Shown here: positions 27,748 to 39,272 of the stretch, one piece after another
Layout: every line of letters begins with the position of its first letter
How positions within the stretch are numbered: position 1 is the first letter of the stretch
Source of the DNA: Smithellaceae bacterium
GTDB lineage: Bacteria; Desulfobacterota; Syntrophia; Syntrophales; Smithellaceae
Length of the DNA stretch: 64,000 nt
NCBI GenBank assembly: GCA_963667845.2
Contig: CAXXVL010000002.1
Coordinates: 1,024,001 to 1,088,000 of the forward strand
Reading direction: 5' to 3'
The notes under the pieces: generated by a model
The model's input: only the letters and a program-made list of their open reading frames with translations
The model's database searches: none
What the model was told of the DNA's origin: nothing
Made by a program: the position numbers and the translations under genes

Positions 27748-29037
27748 TCAGACGGATTTTTTCGCGGCGGCTAGTCTTTTCGGTAATGTTTCCTTGACCA
27801 GGGTGCTGGCGATCACCGCAGCAAGCAGCGAGATCAGGCATATTTTGAACACAGCGGAATAGGCGTGAACCGGGTACTTACCGCTCACGGCACCGACTGA
27901 ATCCAGATACCAGCCGATAAGCGGCTGACCCAGGGCGGCGCCGGCAAAAGGGAAAATATTTAAGATGCCTGTCGCCGTACCGGATATCTGGATCGGGAAG
28001 GAATCTTTGACCGCCGAGTAACCGGCAACCACTATGCTGGACAGAGAAAAATTAAAGAAAAAAAACCATAAGTAAAGTTCAGCTTTTGTAAAGTCGCCCG
28101 TGAAAAAAGCCAGCAGCGCAAAAAGGCACAGACCGCTCAATTGACTGATCATCAGAATCTTCTTCCGGGAATGAAGGACGCTATGGGAGAGCCAGTTCCA
28201 GAAGGGTGCGCCGAAAATCAAGCCCATCGCCATCATGGATAAAACTCCGCCCGCCTGTGCCCGGGACATTCCATAGACATGCATCAGGAAGGGACCACCC
28301 CACAGTCCGTTGATGCTGAGTGATACAAGAGCGCCGAAAAAATTGCACATCGCCGTGGGCCAGAACAGACGGTTTTTAACGACGAGAAAAATTCCATCTA
28401 AAACACCGATCTTTTCCGTGCCGGCGGCATTGGACGGCGAGTAATCATTGAGGGGCGGGAAGCCGGATTGTCTGGGTGTGTCGCGGACCAGAAACCAGAT
28501 CAATCCCGCGATGATGAGCGTGAATGCTCCCATCAGGATCATGCTGCCGCGCCAGGTGATCGCATCGCTCATGAGCGCCAGGGGAGTAGCAGCCGAGAAA
28601 GCACCGATACCGCCCAGAGACATTAAAAGGCCGCTCATTCTCGAGAACTTGCTCCATTCAAACCAGTGGGTGAGAATCTTGAGCGTCGGAACAAAGACCA
28701 TCCCCGCGCCCATGCCGACAAGAACGCGCGCCACGATGGCGCCTCCCACGGTATGCGCCAATCCCAGCCCGACTGAACCTGCCGCAGCCAGCGCAAAGAA
28801 GAAAACGATTGACCGGCGCGGGCCCCAGGAATCAGACAAGAGGCCTGCTGGAATCTGCATCAGGGCGTAAGGGTAGAAATAAGCCGAAGCCAGGAGGCCC
28901 ATCAGGGCTCCGCCTGTTTTCAGATCGGTCATCATATCGACGGCGACAACCGCCGGAGCCAGCCGGTGGAAAAAAACGAGCAGATAGGCGGTTCCCAAAA
29001 GGACAAATATCAGATAACGGTATTTAACGAAACTCAT
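27748..29037 (-). CDS. Major facilitator superfamily transporter
   Basis: About 12 TMs; motif A GLLSDSWGPRR. Confidence 0.93.
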   Translation of the reverse strand: MSFVKYRYLIFVLLGTAYLLVFFHRLAPAVVAVDMMTDLKTGGALMGLLASAYFYPYALMQIPAGLLSDSWGPRRSIVFFFALAAAGSVGLGLAHTVGGAIVARVLVGMGAGMVFVPTLKILTHWFEWSKFSRMSGLLMSLGGIGAFSAATPLALMSDAITWRGSMILMGAFTLIIAGLIWFLVRDTPRQSGFPPLNDYSPSNAAGTEKIGVLDGIFLVVKNRLFWPTAMCNFFGALVSLSINGLWGGPFLMHVYGMSRAQAGGVLSMMAMGLIFGAPFWNWLSHSVLHSRKKILMISQLSGLCLFALLAFFTGDFTKAELYLWFFFFNFSLSSIVVAGYSAVKDSFPIQISGTATGILNIFPFAGAALGQPLIGWYLDSVGAVSGKYPVHAYSAVFKICLISLLAAVIASTLVKETLPKRLAAAKKSV

Positions 29038-29098
29038 GATGAAATGCCTGCGCGCAGACGATTAGCAAGTCTATGATCCGTTTTCCAAAGCCCCATGG

Positions 29099-29446
29099 TC
29101 ATAATTCCGGGGCGCCCGACGGGATCAGACAGACGAAAACCAAAGGCCCATCGCCCCTGTTGCGAATCTGATGTTCTTCATTGCCGGGAACAAATATCGC
29201 ATGGCCTGCCGAAAAGGGATGCCAGTCCCCGTTCCAGACTTCACCCGAGCCCGCGTGAATGAAGATTTCATGCTCCCAGGGGTGCGTGTGCCGCGGCGTA
29301 TGTCCACCCGGAGCAACTTCAAAGACACGCATGCAAAAGTTGTTTGCGTGGTCAGCGCTGCCGATCACGACACGGCCGGAAACGCCGTGGGCCAGCTCAT
29401 TATCGAAACGGGTTGGCAAAATGGAACTGTAGTCAATGACTTTCAT
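29099..29446 (-). CDS. Cupin-domain protein
   Basis: HTPRHTHPWEHE..G.G and FVPGNEEHQIRN. Confidence 0.92.
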   Translation of the reverse strand: MKVIDYSSILPTRFDNELAHGVSGRVVIGSADHANNFCMRVFEVAPGGHTPRHTHPWEHEIFIHAGSGEVWNGDWHPFSAGHAIFVPGNEEHQIRNRGDGPLVFVCLIPSGAPEL

Positions 29447-29535
29447 ACGGTCCTCCTCAAGTCGGGATACCTGCTCTGTAAAATCTTAGTAAAAGAGAAT
29501 CTTTCAGACAGCGGCTGTACTGAAATGACGCCGAA

Positions 29536-31122
29536 TCAGCTTTTTTCCATCGTTTTATGGAATTGAATCTGCGGCCACTCTTCCATGGTATGGGAAAGGC
29601 GCCAGTCGCTGAGCGCCAAATAAACGAGATTGCCTTCCGTGTCCATCGCCAGGTTCATCAGATTCTTCTTCTGGAAATCTTCCAGCTTCTTCGCGTCATC
29701 GCAGGTAACCCAGCGGGCGGCGGCGTAGTCCGTCTTTTCGTAGTCGGCATAAACACTGTATTCATCTTTGAGGCGAGCCATCGTCACATCAAACTGCAAA
29801 GAGCCCACCGCACCCAGGATGTTGTCCGATCCCCACAGGGGTTTAAAGACCTGGATAGCGCCTTCCTCGGAAAGCTGCGTCAATCCCTTCTGTAAATGTT
29901 TCAGACGCAAGGGATCTTTGAGGCGCACGCGGCAGAAATGTTCGGGGGCGAAATGCGGAATGCCGGTAAACTTGAGCGGTTCTTTTTGCGAGAACGTATC
30001 GCCGACTTTAATGGTGCCGTGGTTGTGGATACCGATGATATCACCGGGATAAGCTTCTTCGACATTGGTCCGGTCCTGCGCCATGAAGATAGTGGCATTG
30101 GATAAGGAGACTTCCTTGCCGATGCGATGCTGCATGACGTGCATGCCGCGTTCGAATTTGCCTGAACAGATGCGCATGAAGGCGATGCGATCCCGATGGG
30201 CGGGATCCATATTGGCCTGGATTTTAAAGACGAATCCGGAGAAGTCATCTTCGTCCGGGTTGACGATCCGCGTAGTGGTGGGGCGGGGAACAGGGGGAGG
30301 GGCGATTTCAATGAACGCATCCAACAGTTCTTTTACACCGAAGTTGTTGATGGCGCTGCCGAAAAAGACCGGCGTCTGCCCGGCCTTCAAATACTCTTTG
30401 ATATCGAAAGGATTTGCCGCGCCTTCCAGCAGCGCAATTTCTTCCCGGAGTTCTCCGGCCTGACTTTCCAGGAGCTCATCGAGCAGCGGGTCGGCCAGAT
30501 CATTGATTACCACCCCGCCATCCGTACGTTTTGCTTTCCCCGGCGTGAAAAGATGCAACTTTTTGTCGTAGAGATTATAGACCCCCTTGAATCGTTTGCC
30601 CATACCGATCGGCCAGGACAGGGGCGAGCATTCAATCTGCAATTTTTCTTCAATATCCTCCAGAAGATCCAGCGGCGCGAGGCAGTCGCGGTCCATTTTA
30701 TTGATGAAGGTAATGATGGGTGTATTGCGCAGTCGGCAGACTTCCATGAGCTTTTGCGTTTGAGTTTCCACGCCCTTGGCCCCGTCAATCACCATCAGCG
30801 CGCTGTCCACAGCGGTGAGCACGCGGTATGTGTCTTCGGAAAAATCCTGGTGGCCCGGTGTGTCGAGCAGGTTGATTTCGCAGCCGGCATATTCAAACTT
30901 CATGACGGACGACGTCACGGAGATGCCTCGTTCTTTTTCAATGGACATCCAGTCGCTCAAAGCGTGCTTCGATGCTTTGCGGGCTTTTACCGCACCGGCC
31001 AATTGAATGGCTCCGCCGAACAGCAGCAGTTTTTCGGTGAGCGTCGTCTTTCCGGCATCGGGATGACTGATGATACCGAAAGTGCGCCGGCGTTCTATTT
31101 CTTTTTGCAGTTGCTTGTTCAA
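29536..31122 (-). CDS. prfC: Peptide chain release factor 3
   Basis: Motifs [18 protein letters not shown] and [14 protein letters not shown] start. Confidence 0.98.
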   Translation of the reverse strand: MNKQLQKEIERRRTFGIISHPDAGKTTLTEKLLLFGGAIQLAGAVKARKASKHALSDWMSIEKERGISVTSSVMKFEYAGCEINLLDTPGHQDFSEDTYRVLTAVDSALMVIDGAKGVETQTQKLMEVCRLRNTPIITFINKMDRDCLAPLDLLEDIEEKLQIECSPLSWPIGMGKRFKGVYNLYDKKLHLFTPGKAKRTDGGVVINDLADPLLDELLESQAGELREEIALLEGAANPFDIKEYLKAGQTPVFFGSAINNFGVKELLDAFIEIAPPPVPRPTTTRIVNPDEDDFSGFVFKIQANMDPAHRDRIAFMRICSGKFERGMHVMQHRIGKEVSLSNATIFMAQDRTNVEEAYPGDIIGIHNHGTIKVGDTFSQKEPLKFTGIPHFAPEHFCRVRLKDPLRLKHLQKGLTQLSEEGAIQVFKPLWGSDNILGAVGSLQFDVTMARLKDEYSVYADYEKTDYAAARWVTCDDAKKLEDFQKKNLMNLAMDTEGNLVYLALSDWRLSHTMEEWPQIQFHKTMEKS

Positions 31123-31354
31123 AATATCCTCATGAGAGTGAATGATCTAACACCAGATGTACGCCGTCATACCCATCCATTAGATGGTCCTGGAACGGGT
31201 CATCTTGCCGCCCGGCGCGGCGACCGGGGATTCATGGCACGATCCATTTCGTTTCATTTGCAGATGGGTCGGCTAATCGATTTGATCGCGTATCGTTTGT
31301 CATACGGGAGTCTTACTATAATAAAAAAGCGGGCATACGCCCGACTTTTCGTTT

Positions 31355-31383
31355 CTCATAACCAATAAATCTTCCGCTGTCAA
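31355..31383 (-). promoter_or_regulatory. Candidate sigma70 promoter for prfC
   Basis: TTGACA-17 bp-TATGAG. Confidence 0.5.
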
Positions 31384-31487
31384 CTGTGAAGAAAACCTGC
31401 GCCCGAGGCCTGTCGGCATTCCGCCATTGATGTTTCGAAAAATTCCTTGACAAATAAGGGATGTTGAATAAAAGTCACTGGCCATGA

Positions 31488-31562
31488 GCGGGCGTAATTC
31501 AGTGGTAGAATGTCAGCTTCCCAAGCTGGACGCCGTGGGTTCGAGCCCCATCGCCCGCTCCA
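31488..31562 (+). tRNA. tRNA-Gly (CCC)
   Basis: Cloverleaf with GCGGGCG/CGCCCGC acceptor stem, anticodon loop TTCCCAA, GGTTCGAG T-loop and encoded CCA; upstream TTGACA-16-TAAAAG. Confidence 0.97.
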
Positions 31563-31666
31563 TTTTTATTTGTCCGACGGCAGGCCGCTTGGGTGGTAAA
31601 TAGTGCTTGCAATGCCTGCCTGTCTATGGTAGTTGCATGTCCAACCATCACTGAAAGTAGTATTTG

Positions 31667-31690
31667 AAGTGGGCTTTCGCCCACTTTTTT
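31667..31690 (+). promoter_or_regulatory. rimP leader hairpin/attenuator
   Basis: AAGTGGGC-TTTC-GCCCACTT-TTTT just upstream of rimP, matching the conserved GUGGG/CCCAC rimP-leader stem. Confidence 0.75.
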
Positions 31691-31709
31691 ATTTTCCGAA
31701 GCGATTGAT

Positions 31710-32195
31710 ATGAACAATGATTTAAGAAACAAGATATGGGAACTAGCCGAACCGATAGCCCTGTCCGAAAGGATGGAGTTGATCCATGTCGAATGCCTGA
31801 AGATGCATACGCGCTGGGTTTTTCGGCTCTTCCTGGACAAGGAAGGCGGCGTCACACTCGACGACTGCACTGCGATCAGTAATCAGCTCGGTGATATTCT
31901 GGATATTCACGATTTATCACGTGGACCCTATACATTGGAAGTATCGTCGCCGGGCCTCGACCGCCCTGTTTCACGCGACCAGGACTTTGTCAGGTTCAGA
32001 GGGGCCAAAGTGAAAATAAAGACCCATGTTAAGATTGACGGCATGAAGAATTTTCAGGGCACGCTTGTGGACTTCACGGATGAAGGCTGCGGGAAGGTCG
32101 TCCAAGTGGAAGTGTCGGGTAAAATATTCAAAATACCAAAGGACGAAATCGCGAAAGCCAATCTGGTCGATGACGAAACGGTGATCTTAGAATGA
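31710..32195 (+). CDS. rimP: Ribosome maturation factor RimP
   Basis: GVTLDDC and YTLEVSSPGLDRP; precedes nusA. Confidence 0.96.
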   Translation: MNNDLRNKIWELAEPIALSERMELIHVECLKMHTRWVFRLFLDKEGGVTLDDCTAISNQLGDILDIHDLSRGPYTLEVSSPGLDRPVSRDQDFVRFRGAKVKIKTHVKIDGMKNFQGTLVDFTDEGCGKVVQVEVSGKIFKIPKDEIAKANLVDDETVILE

Positions 32196-32253
32196 AAAAC
32201 GCCGACAGGCTGAATGTGATACAGCCCGAGATGAAAAAGGGAGGAATTTGTAA

Positions 32254-33516
32254 ATGTTGCAAGAACTTAAACGTCTGATCGAGCAGATGGGTAAGGACAG
32301 GGGTATCGACAAGCAGATCATTACAGAAGCCCTCGAAGCCGCCATGCTGACTGCAGCGCGCAAAAAGCTGGGGGCTAATGTGGACATCGAAGCCCATTAT
32401 AATGATGACGCCGGAGAAATTGAAGTGTTTCAATTCAAGACGGTTGTGGATAAAGTGCTCGACCCTGAAACACAAATTGCCAAAGAAGAGGCCAGGAAGA
32501 CCCTTGACGAAGGCGCAGAGCCGGGCGACTCTCTGGGCATGAAAATAGAGACCAGTTCTTTTGGCCGCATCGCCGTGCAGATGGCCAAACAAATCATTAT
32601 TCAGCGGGTTAAAGACGCCGAACGCGACAATATCTACGATGAATACAAGGACCGCAAGGGTGAGCTGATCAATGGCTTTGTCCAGCGGTTTGAAGGTGGC
32701 AACATCATCGTAAACCTGGGAAGGGCCGAAGGTGTGGTGCCCCCTGCGGAGCAGATTCATCGTGAAACTTACAAACGCGGGGAACGCATCCGGACCTATC
32801 TGTTTGAAGTGAAAAAGAATACAAAGGGTGCGCAGATTATTCTGTCACGTACCCATCCTGCTTTCCTGAAAGCGCTTTTTGAAGTGGAAGTACCCGAGAT
32901 CTCCGAAGGTCTCATTGACATCGTCAGCGTTGCCCGCGAGCCGGGTAAGCGCGGGAAAATAGCGGTGAGAGCCAAGGACAAGGACATCGATCCGGTAGGC
33001 GCCTGCGTGGGGATGCGCGGGACGCGCGTGCAAAGCGTCGTACAGGAGTTGCGCGGCGAAAAAATCGATATTATTCCTTATACGGAAGATGCAGCCAAAT
33101 ATGTTTCCAGTGCTTTATCTCCCGCCAAGGTGAACCGCGTTTTTGTCGACGAAGAAAATCGGGCAATGACCGTGATTGTGCCGGATGACCAGCTGTCTCT
33201 GGCCATAGGGAAAAATGGTCAGAACGTTCGTCTGGCGGTTAAACTGACGGGTTGGAAAATTGACGTGAAGAGTGAAACCATGGCCGCAGAGAAAGACGAT
33301 GATGGGCAGAAGGCTTTAACGAAGATCACCGGCATCGGACCGGCGATGGCGGAAAAGCTGTTTGCCGAGGGCATCAAGAGTATCGCGATGCTGGCTGCGA
33401 TGGAGCCTCAGTCGCTTTCTGAAATTCCCGGTGTAGGTGAAAAAACGAGTAAAGAATGGATTGAAGAAGCTATCAGGATATTGGATGAAGAAACAAGTGA
33501 TACGAAAAAAGCGTAA
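32254..33516 (+). CDS. nusA: Transcription termination/antitermination factor NusA
   Basis: FGRIAVQMAKQ, S1 and KH domains, DPVGACVG, AIGKNGQNVRLA, C-terminal HhH repeats. Confidence 0.98.
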   Translation: MLQELKRLIEQMGKDRGIDKQIITEALEAAMLTAARKKLGANVDIEAHYNDDAGEIEVFQFKTVVDKVLDPETQIAKEEARKTLDEGAEPGDSLGMKIETSSFGRIAVQMAKQIIIQRVKDAERDNIYDEYKDRKGELINGFVQRFEGGNIIVNLGRAEGVVPPAEQIHRETYKRGERIRTYLFEVKKNTKGAQIILSRTHPAFLKALFEVEVPEISEGLIDIVSVAREPGKRGKIAVRAKDKDIDPVGACVGMRGTRVQSVVQELRGEKIDIIPYTEDAAKYVSSALSPAKVNRVFVDEENRAMTVIVPDDQLSLAIGKNGQNVRLAVKLTGWKIDVKSETMAAEKDDDGQKALTKITGIGPAMAEKLFAEGIKSIAMLAAMEPQSLSEIPGVGEKTSKEWIEEAIRILDEETSDTKKA

Positions 33517-33559
33517 TTTTTTTCAAGAACCCAATACTTAACGTGAGGGAGTTTCGGGA

Positions 33560-36214
33560 ATGTCGAAAAAGCGAGTTCACGAGTTGGCCAAGGAGCTTGG
33601 TCTGGAGAATAAGGATCTGATTGCTCATCTGGAAAGATTAGGCATCACCGTCAAATCCCATGCCAGTACTTTGGAGGATGGCGAGATCGAGAGAGTCAAA
33701 GAGGACTTGCAGGCCACATCGCCGCGGCAAATTGTGGAGGAAAGAATAAAAACCACGGTTATTCGCCGCCGGGCGGTGCGCGCGGCGGTTGAGGCCGTCC
33801 CGGCTGAAGAAGCTCCCGAAGAGAAAGAAGCGAAACCTGAAACGGAAAAGGTTGCTCCTCCGGTGCTTCCGCCAAAGGAGCCGGTTTCTGCTGCAGCAGA
33901 AATACCCGAGGTAAAGAAAGCAAAGGATGAGATGCCGGTCTCGCCGTCGGTTGTGCCCGGCGCCCAGGTCAAAAAAGAAGACGTTCACGTCAAAGGGGAG
34001 ACGAAACCGCCTGTCGCAGAGGTTACCGCCCCGTCCGCTGAACACGGCACGGTGGCTAAAACTGCGCAATCGGCGCCCCTGGCCCCTCCGGAAAAACCGA
34101 AGCAGCCGCCGATCATTCTTCCGGTCAGACCGCCGATGATGTCCAGGCATAAAATTATCAAGACGGAAGAGAAGAAGGAAAGCCAGCCTAAAACTCCTGT
34201 GAAACCGGGCGAACGAATTACCCCTCCACCGGAAAAAATAATCAAAAGAGAATTCGAAAAACCCAAGAAGAAAGGCAAAGGGCCTGTAGAAGTTTTTATT
34301 GAAGAAGAAAAAGAAGCTCCGCGCCGCAAGGTCTTGGAAAAGAAAATCGAAAAGAAGTTGAAGAAAGTCGATGAAGACCACGAAGTGGTATTCAGCAAAT
34401 GGCGCGAAGAGAAAAAGGCCGCCCCCATCAAAATGAGGAAAACCGAGATTACGGTGCCGAAGGCCATAAAACGGCGTATTCGCGTGGGGGAAACGATCAC
34501 CACGGGTGAACTGGCCAAAAGAATGGGCGTCAAAGTTGGTGACGTTATCAACAAATTGATGGGCATGGGCGTCATGGCTACGATCAACCAGTCAATCGAT
34601 TTTGATATTGCGTCGCTCGTTGCCTCGGAATTCAGCTTCCAGATAGAAAAGGCGGAATCGGAATTTGAGGAAACGCTGCTGAAGCCGGAAACCTCTGAAG
34701 AAAATCTTAAGCCGCGCGCTCCGATAGTCACGATTATGGGCCACGTGGATCACGGTAAAACCTCGCTTCTGGATGCGATTCGCCAGACGAATGTCATCGA
34801 TGGCGAGGCCGGCGGAATCACGCAGGCCATCGGCGCTTATCATGTGCATATCAACGGCCGCGACATTGTCTTTCTGGATACGCCTGGCCACGAAGCCTTT
34901 ACCGCTATGCGGGCACGTGGTGCCCAGGTCACGGATATTGTGGTCCTGGTGGTAGCCGCCGACGACGGCGTCATGGATCAAACCATTGAAGCCATCAATC
35001 ACTCCAAGGTTGCCGGTGTGCCGATCATCGTGGCCATCAATAAAATTGACAAGCCGGGCGCTGATCCTGAAAAAATCAAGCAGGCGCTCACCGAACACGG
35101 GCTTTTGTCCGAGCAATGGGGTGGCGACACGATATTTACCGAGGTATCCGCGAAGAAGAAAATCGGCATCGAGGAATTGCTGGAAATGATCCTGCTGCAG
35201 GCGGATGTTCTGGAGCTCAAGGCCAACCCCGATCAACCCGCACGAGGCATTATCATCGAGGCCAAACTGGATCGCGGCCGCGGCCCGGTGGCCACCGTTT
35301 TGATTCAGCAGGGAACGCTACACGAAGGAGATGCGTTTGTTTCTAAAACAGAGTCCGGCCGTGTTCGGGCCATGATCGACGATCAGGGACATCGCGTGAA
35401 AGAAGCCGGACCCGCCATGCCGGTCGAAGTTATCGGATTTTCCAGCGTGCCCCAGACGGGCGCGGAATTCGTTTGCGTGGAGGACGAGAAGAAAGCCCGG
35501 AATATCGCCGACTACTGGATAAGAAAAACACGCGAAAAAGAACTTTCCTCTTCCTCTAAAATTACCCTGGAACAATTGTATCAGAAGATCAAAGAGGGTG
35601 TGAAGGATCTGAATGTCATCATCAAGGCCGACGTGCAGGGTTCTATCGAAGCGATTTCCGATGCCTTGCATAAGCTTTCCACTGAAGATGTTAAGCTCAA
35701 AGCCATTCACAGCTCCACGGGAGCAATCAGTGAAACGGACGTCATGCTGGCGTCGGCATCCAACGCGATCATTATCGGATTTAATGTGCGTCCGGACGCC
35801 CGCGTGAGTGAGCTGGCCCAGCAGGAGGGCGTGGAAATCAAGCTTTACGACATTATCTATAACGTCATTGCCGATGTGCGTGCGGCGATGGAAGGCCTTC
35901 TGGAGCCGGAATACAAAGAAGTCGTTCAGGGACGCGCCGAAGTCCGCGAGCTCTTTAAAGTACCGAAGGTCGGCGTCATCGCCGGGTGCCACGTCACAGA
36001 TGGTAAAATCACCCGGACGGCGAACATCAAACTGGTACGGGACAGTGTCGTTGTTTTTGACGGCAAGATTCTTTCTCTGAAGCGCTTTAAAGACGATGCC
36101 CGGGAAGTGCTGGCCGGATTTGACTGCGGCATCGGGATTGAAGGATATAACGATATCCATGTTGGAGACGTGATTGAATCGTATATTATGGAGACGTTGG
36201 AAAGAAAACTGTAA
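33560..36214 (+). CDS. infB: Translation initiation factor IF-2
   Basis: [10 protein letters not shown]-terminus; [17 protein letters not shown] and KADVQGS motifs. Confidence 0.98.
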   Translation: MSKKRVHELAKELGLENKDLIAHLERLGITVKSHASTLEDGEIERVKEDLQATSPRQIVEERIKTTVIRRRAVRAAVEAVPAEEAPEEKEAKPETEKVAPPVLPPKEPVSAAAEIPEVKKAKDEMPVSPSVVPGAQVKKEDVHVKGETKPPVAEVTAPSAEHGTVAKTAQSAPLAPPEKPKQPPIILPVRPPMMSRHKIIKTEEKKESQPKTPVKPGERITPPPEKIIKREFEKPKKKGKGPVEVFIEEEKEAPRRKVLEKKIEKKLKKVDEDHEVVFSKWREEKKAAPIKMRKTEITVPKAIKRRIRVGETITTGELAKRMGVKVGDVINKLMGMGVMATINQSIDFDIASLVASEFSFQIEKAESEFEETLLKPETSEENLKPRAPIVTIMGHVDHGKTSLLDAIRQTNVIDGEAGGITQAIGAYHVHINGRDIVFLDTPGHEAFTAMRARGAQVTDIVVLVVAADDGVMDQTIEAINHSKVAGVPIIVAINKIDKPGADPEKIKQALTEHGLLSEQWGGDTIFTEVSAKKKIGIEELLEMILLQADVLELKANPDQPARGIIIEAKLDRGRGPVATVLIQQGTLHEGDAFVSKTESGRVRAMIDDQGHRVKEAGPAMPVEVIGFSSVPQTGAEFVCVEDEKKARNIADYWIRKTREKELSSSSKITLEQLYQKIKEGVKDLNVIIKADVQGSIEAISDALHKLSTEDVKLKAIHSSTGAISETDVMLASASNAIIIGFNVRPDARVSELAQQEGVEIKLYDIIYNVIADVRAAMEGLLEPEYKEVVQGRAEVRELFKVPKVGVIAGCHVTDGKITRTANIKLVRDSVVVFDGKILSLKRFKDDAREVLAGFDCGIGIEGYNDIHVGDVIESYIMETLERKL

Positions 36215-36237
36215 AGCGCATCTACAGAGAGATAATT

Positions 36238-36576
36238 ATGGTCATCGGTTACGGTATCATTCAATTGCGGATTCCGGAATCCGGTTCTTTGAAGGAAAAA
36301 AGAAGCGTTTTGAATAAAATCTTAAAACGCGCTCAAAATGAGTTTAACATTTCCATCGCCCAGGTAGGCGACCTGGATCGACATCAGTACGCGCAGATCG
36401 GGTTTGCACTGGTTGGCAATGAGTCCCGGTACATCAATGGCAAGGTCGACCATCTTCTCCGGTTTATCGATGATCTCCATGCGGCTGAAGTATTAAACTC
36501 GAAAATAGAAATTATGGTGGTTTCAGATTTTCTCGAAACGGCCGATTGGGAAACGGGCAAATACGATGAATTTTAA
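36238..36576 (+). CDS. DUF503 (YlxP-like) protein
   Basis: SLKEKRSV motif; conserved position between infB and rbfA. Confidence 0.88.
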   Translation: MVIGYGIIQLRIPESGSLKEKRSVLNKILKRAQNEFNISIAQVGDLDRHQYAQIGFALVGNESRYINGKVDHLLRFIDDLHAAEVLNSKIEIMVVSDFLETADWETGKYDEF

Positions 36577-36925
36577 ACGGGCGGACAGAGTGGGCGAGCT
36601 GATTATGGCGGAGATGTCCGATATTCTGCTCAAAGTTGTCAAGGACCCCCGTCTGCACAACGTAACGATTACAGCGGTTAAGGTCACGGACGATTTGCGC
36701 AATGCCAGGATTTATTTTGTCGAACTGGGCAAAGACGAATTAAATGCAGAGATCCAGGAAGGCTTGAGCAAAGCCAAGGGGTTTGTGCGCCGGGAACTGG
36801 GTCATCGACTGCAGTTGCGGTTTGTGCCGGACATCCATTTTGTGCACGATAAGTCCTTCGGCTACGGCAACCGCATTGAGAAGTTACTGAACGAGATTGC
36901 CACACAGGAAGAAAAGCATGATTAA
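36566..36925 (+). CDS. rbfA: Ribosome-binding factor A
   Basis: RADRV, KDPR and LRFVPDIHFVHD.S. Confidence 0.96.
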   Translation: MNFKRADRVGELIMAEMSDILLKVVKDPRLHNVTITAVKVTDDLRNARIYFVELGKDELNAEIQEGLSKAKGFVRRELGHRLQLRFVPDIHFVHDKSFGYGNRIEKLLNEIATQEEKHD

Positions 36926-37868
36926 AGAAATACTTGCGGCAATCTCTCAGGGGAAGAAATTTTTAATTACCGCCCACGTCCGGCTGGATGGAGATGCTCT
37001 GGGCTCCGAGCTGGCCCTGTATTTGATGCTGAAAGATTTGGGCAAAGAGGTTGTAATCTGCAACCAGGACCCAACGCCCGCACATTACCGGTTCCTGCCC
37101 GGGGCCGATCACATTGTTCACAACCTGGAACAAGCCGAATATTATGATATCGGCTTTGTTTTGGATAGCTCCGAATTGGAGCGGGTGGGAAAGATAGCCG
37201 CTGATGTTGCCAAAATTAAAACACTCATTAATATTGATCATCATATATCCAATGAAGGATTTTGCCGTTTAAGATTCGTAGACGCGAAGGCCAGTTCCAC
37301 TGGCGAATTGCTTCACCGTCTGATGCGCAAGATGCATGTGAAGATGACGAAGGAAATCTGCACGAATCTGTACGCGGCGATTTTGACCGATACGGGCGGT
37401 TTCCGTTATTCTACCACGCATCAGGAGACCCTGAGGTCAGCGGCCGAACTCGTCGAAGGCGGAGCGGATCCACAATGGATATCGGAAAATATCTATGAAA
37501 GCGATCCGCCGGCCAAGTTACAATTGCTGGCCAGGACTCTGGAAACACTGACGCTGGATATGGAGACGAAGACTGCATCGCTTGTGGTGACGCAAAAGGA
37601 TCTTCTCGATACGGGCGCGACGATGGAACTTACCGATGGCTTCGTAGATATTCCGCGGACGGTTAAAGGGATTAACATTGCGATGCTTTATACGCAGATG
37701 GGCGAAAAACAATTCAAGTTGAGCCTTCGTTCCAAGGGCAAGGTTGATGTGGAAAGAATAGCCAGAAAATTCGGCGGCGGGGGTCATATCAATGCGTCGG
37801 CCTGCCGGGTTGAAGGCGATATCGACGCGATTAAGGCCCGGGTTCTCGAAGTTGTTAAGGAAGGATAG
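36918..37868 (+). CDS. nrnA: DHH-family oligoribonuclease/pAp phosphatase NrnA
   Basis: Motifs DGDALGS, IDHH, TDTG, SLRS and GGGGH. Confidence 0.93.
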   Translation: MIKEILAAISQGKKFLITAHVRLDGDALGSELALYLMLKDLGKEVVICNQDPTPAHYRFLPGADHIVHNLEQAEYYDIGFVLDSSELERVGKIAADVAKIKTLINIDHHISNEGFCRLRFVDAKASSTGELLHRLMRKMHVKMTKEICTNLYAAILTDTGGFRYSTTHQETLRSAAELVEGGADPQWISENIYESDPPAKLQLLARTLETLTLDMETKTASLVVTQKDLLDTGATMELTDGFVDIPRTVKGINIAMLYTQMGEKQFKLSLRSKGKVDVERIARKFGGGGHINASACRVEGDIDAIKARVLEVVKEG

Positions 37869-37874
37869 GCGTTT

Positions 37875-38816
37875 ATGAATGGTGTTGTGGTGATTGACAA
37901 ACCTTCCGGGCTGACATCCCACGACGTCGTGAGTGAAGTCAAAAAAATTCTGGGAGCCCGAAAAGCGGGACATACGGGAACGCTGGATCCGCTGGCGACA
38001 GGTGTCTTGCCGGTTTGTATTAATGAGGCGACGAAACTGGCGCAGTTTTTGTCTTCGGAGGATAAAACGTATTCGGCGACCATGCTGTTAGGCGTTCGAA
38101 CGGACACGCAAGATACGCAGGGAAAGATAACAGAAACGTCGGATAAAATCGTTTCTGAAGAAGATATTCGGTTGGCGCTCGGGCGGTTAGTGGGCAAATT
38201 GAAGCAGATTCCACCTGCTTTTTCAGCGCTGAAACTCAAGGGTAAGCCCCTGTACAAATATGCGCGAGCGGGAGAGTTTCCTGAAGTGGCGGCGCGGGAT
38301 GTGGAAATATTCAGTTTAAATGTAAAAGACATTACTTTCCCTTGCGTGACGTTCGAAATTTCCTGTTCCAAAGGAACCTATATCCGGACCGTCTGTTCCG
38401 ATATCGGCGATGAACTGGGTTGCGGGGCGTGTTTATCGGGTTTGCGAAGACTGCAAAGCGGCTTCTTTACCGAAGATATGGCGGTGGCCCTGGGAGAGGG
38501 TAATCAAGAGGATAAGAAAAGGATACTTTTGTCCAAAATGCTGCCGATGTCTCAATCGCTGCCGGCGTATACCGCCATTGAAGTCAGTGATGACCTGGTC
38601 GACAAGCTGCGGGCCGGATTTCAGCCTGATGTGGATATGATAAGGCAAAATGTTCTTTCTTTTCTTGCAGCAGGAGATATGGTAAAGTTCGTGAGTTCCG
38701 GTGGCCAGCTGGTGGCGGTCGCCGAAATGCAGGTGTCGGCGGGCGTCATGGACAGACAGGATGGAAAGACGCAGGCGGCCAGGATGCTCAGAGTATTTAA
38801 CAATGCTAAACAGTGA
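37875..38816 (+). CDS. truB: tRNA pseudouridine(55) synthase
   Basis: Motifs [21 protein letters not shown] and CSKGTYIR. Confidence 0.98.
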   Translation: MNGVVVIDKPSGLTSHDVVSEVKKILGARKAGHTGTLDPLATGVLPVCINEATKLAQFLSSEDKTYSATMLLGVRTDTQDTQGKITETSDKIVSEEDIRLALGRLVGKLKQIPPAFSALKLKGKPLYKYARAGEFPEVAARDVEIFSLNVKDITFPCVTFEISCSKGTYIRTVCSDIGDELGCGACLSGLRRLQSGFFTEDMAVALGEGNQEDKKRILLSKMLPMSQSLPAYTAIEVSDDLVDKLRAGFQPDVDMIRQNVLSFLAAGDMVKFVSSGGQLVAVAEMQVSAGVMDRQDGKTQAARMLRVFNNAKQ

Positions 38817-38866
38817 ATCCACTAAATGAAAATAAAGGAATTAATTTTGAGAGGGAGGAATTAAGC

Positions 38867-39133
38867 GTGTTAACTTTGGAAAAAAGAAAAACATTAATCG
38901 AGGATTACCGACTTCATGAGAAGGATACCGGCTCGCCGGAAGTACAGATTGCTCTTTTGAGCGCCAGAATTGAATATTTGACTGAGCATTTTAAGGCCCA
39001 TCAGAAAGATCATCATTCCCGGCGCGGTTTGTTGAAGCTTGTCGGTCAGCGAAGAAGATTGCTCAATTACATCAAGCAAGATGATGTGGAGCGTTACAGA
39101 AACATAATCAAACGTCTGGGCCTCAGGAAGTAA
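38867..39133 (+). CDS. rpsO: 30S ribosomal protein S15
   Basis: [12 protein letters not shown] and [12 protein letters not shown] 38867 follows GGGAGG. Confidence 0.98.
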   Translation: MLTLEKRKTLIEDYRLHEKDTGSPEVQIALLSARIEYLTEHFKAHQKDHHSRRGLLKLVGQRRRLLNYIKQDDVERYRNIIKRLGLRK

Positions 39134-39141
39134 TAAAAGCT

Positions 39142-39229
39142 ATTCAAGGGCGGAAGGCAAAAGTTTAACCGATTGGACAAGTATTGATTAATACCTGCGT
39201 CAATCGGCTTTTGCGTTTCGCCCTTGAAT
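39142..39229 (+). promoter_or_regulatory. Long imperfect stem-loop in the pnp leader (probable RNase III site)
   Basis: ATTCAAGGGCGGAAGGCAAAAG pairs with CTTTTGCGTTTCGCCCTTGAAT; inner stems CCGATTG/CAATCGG and GTATT/AATAC. Confidence 0.65.
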
Positions 39230-39272
39230 TTCCTGTTCCAGGCAATAACCTAAAAAGGTGGAGGAAATTTTA

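Noticed and set aside
31488..31700. tRNA-Gly and tRNA-Gln as possible island integration sites
   Set aside because: No integrase, no duplicated tRNA 3' end, and housekeeping genes flank both tRNAs.
33780..34420. Pro/Lys/Glu-rich low-complexity stretch in infB
   Set aside because: Normal variable N-terminal region of IF-2.
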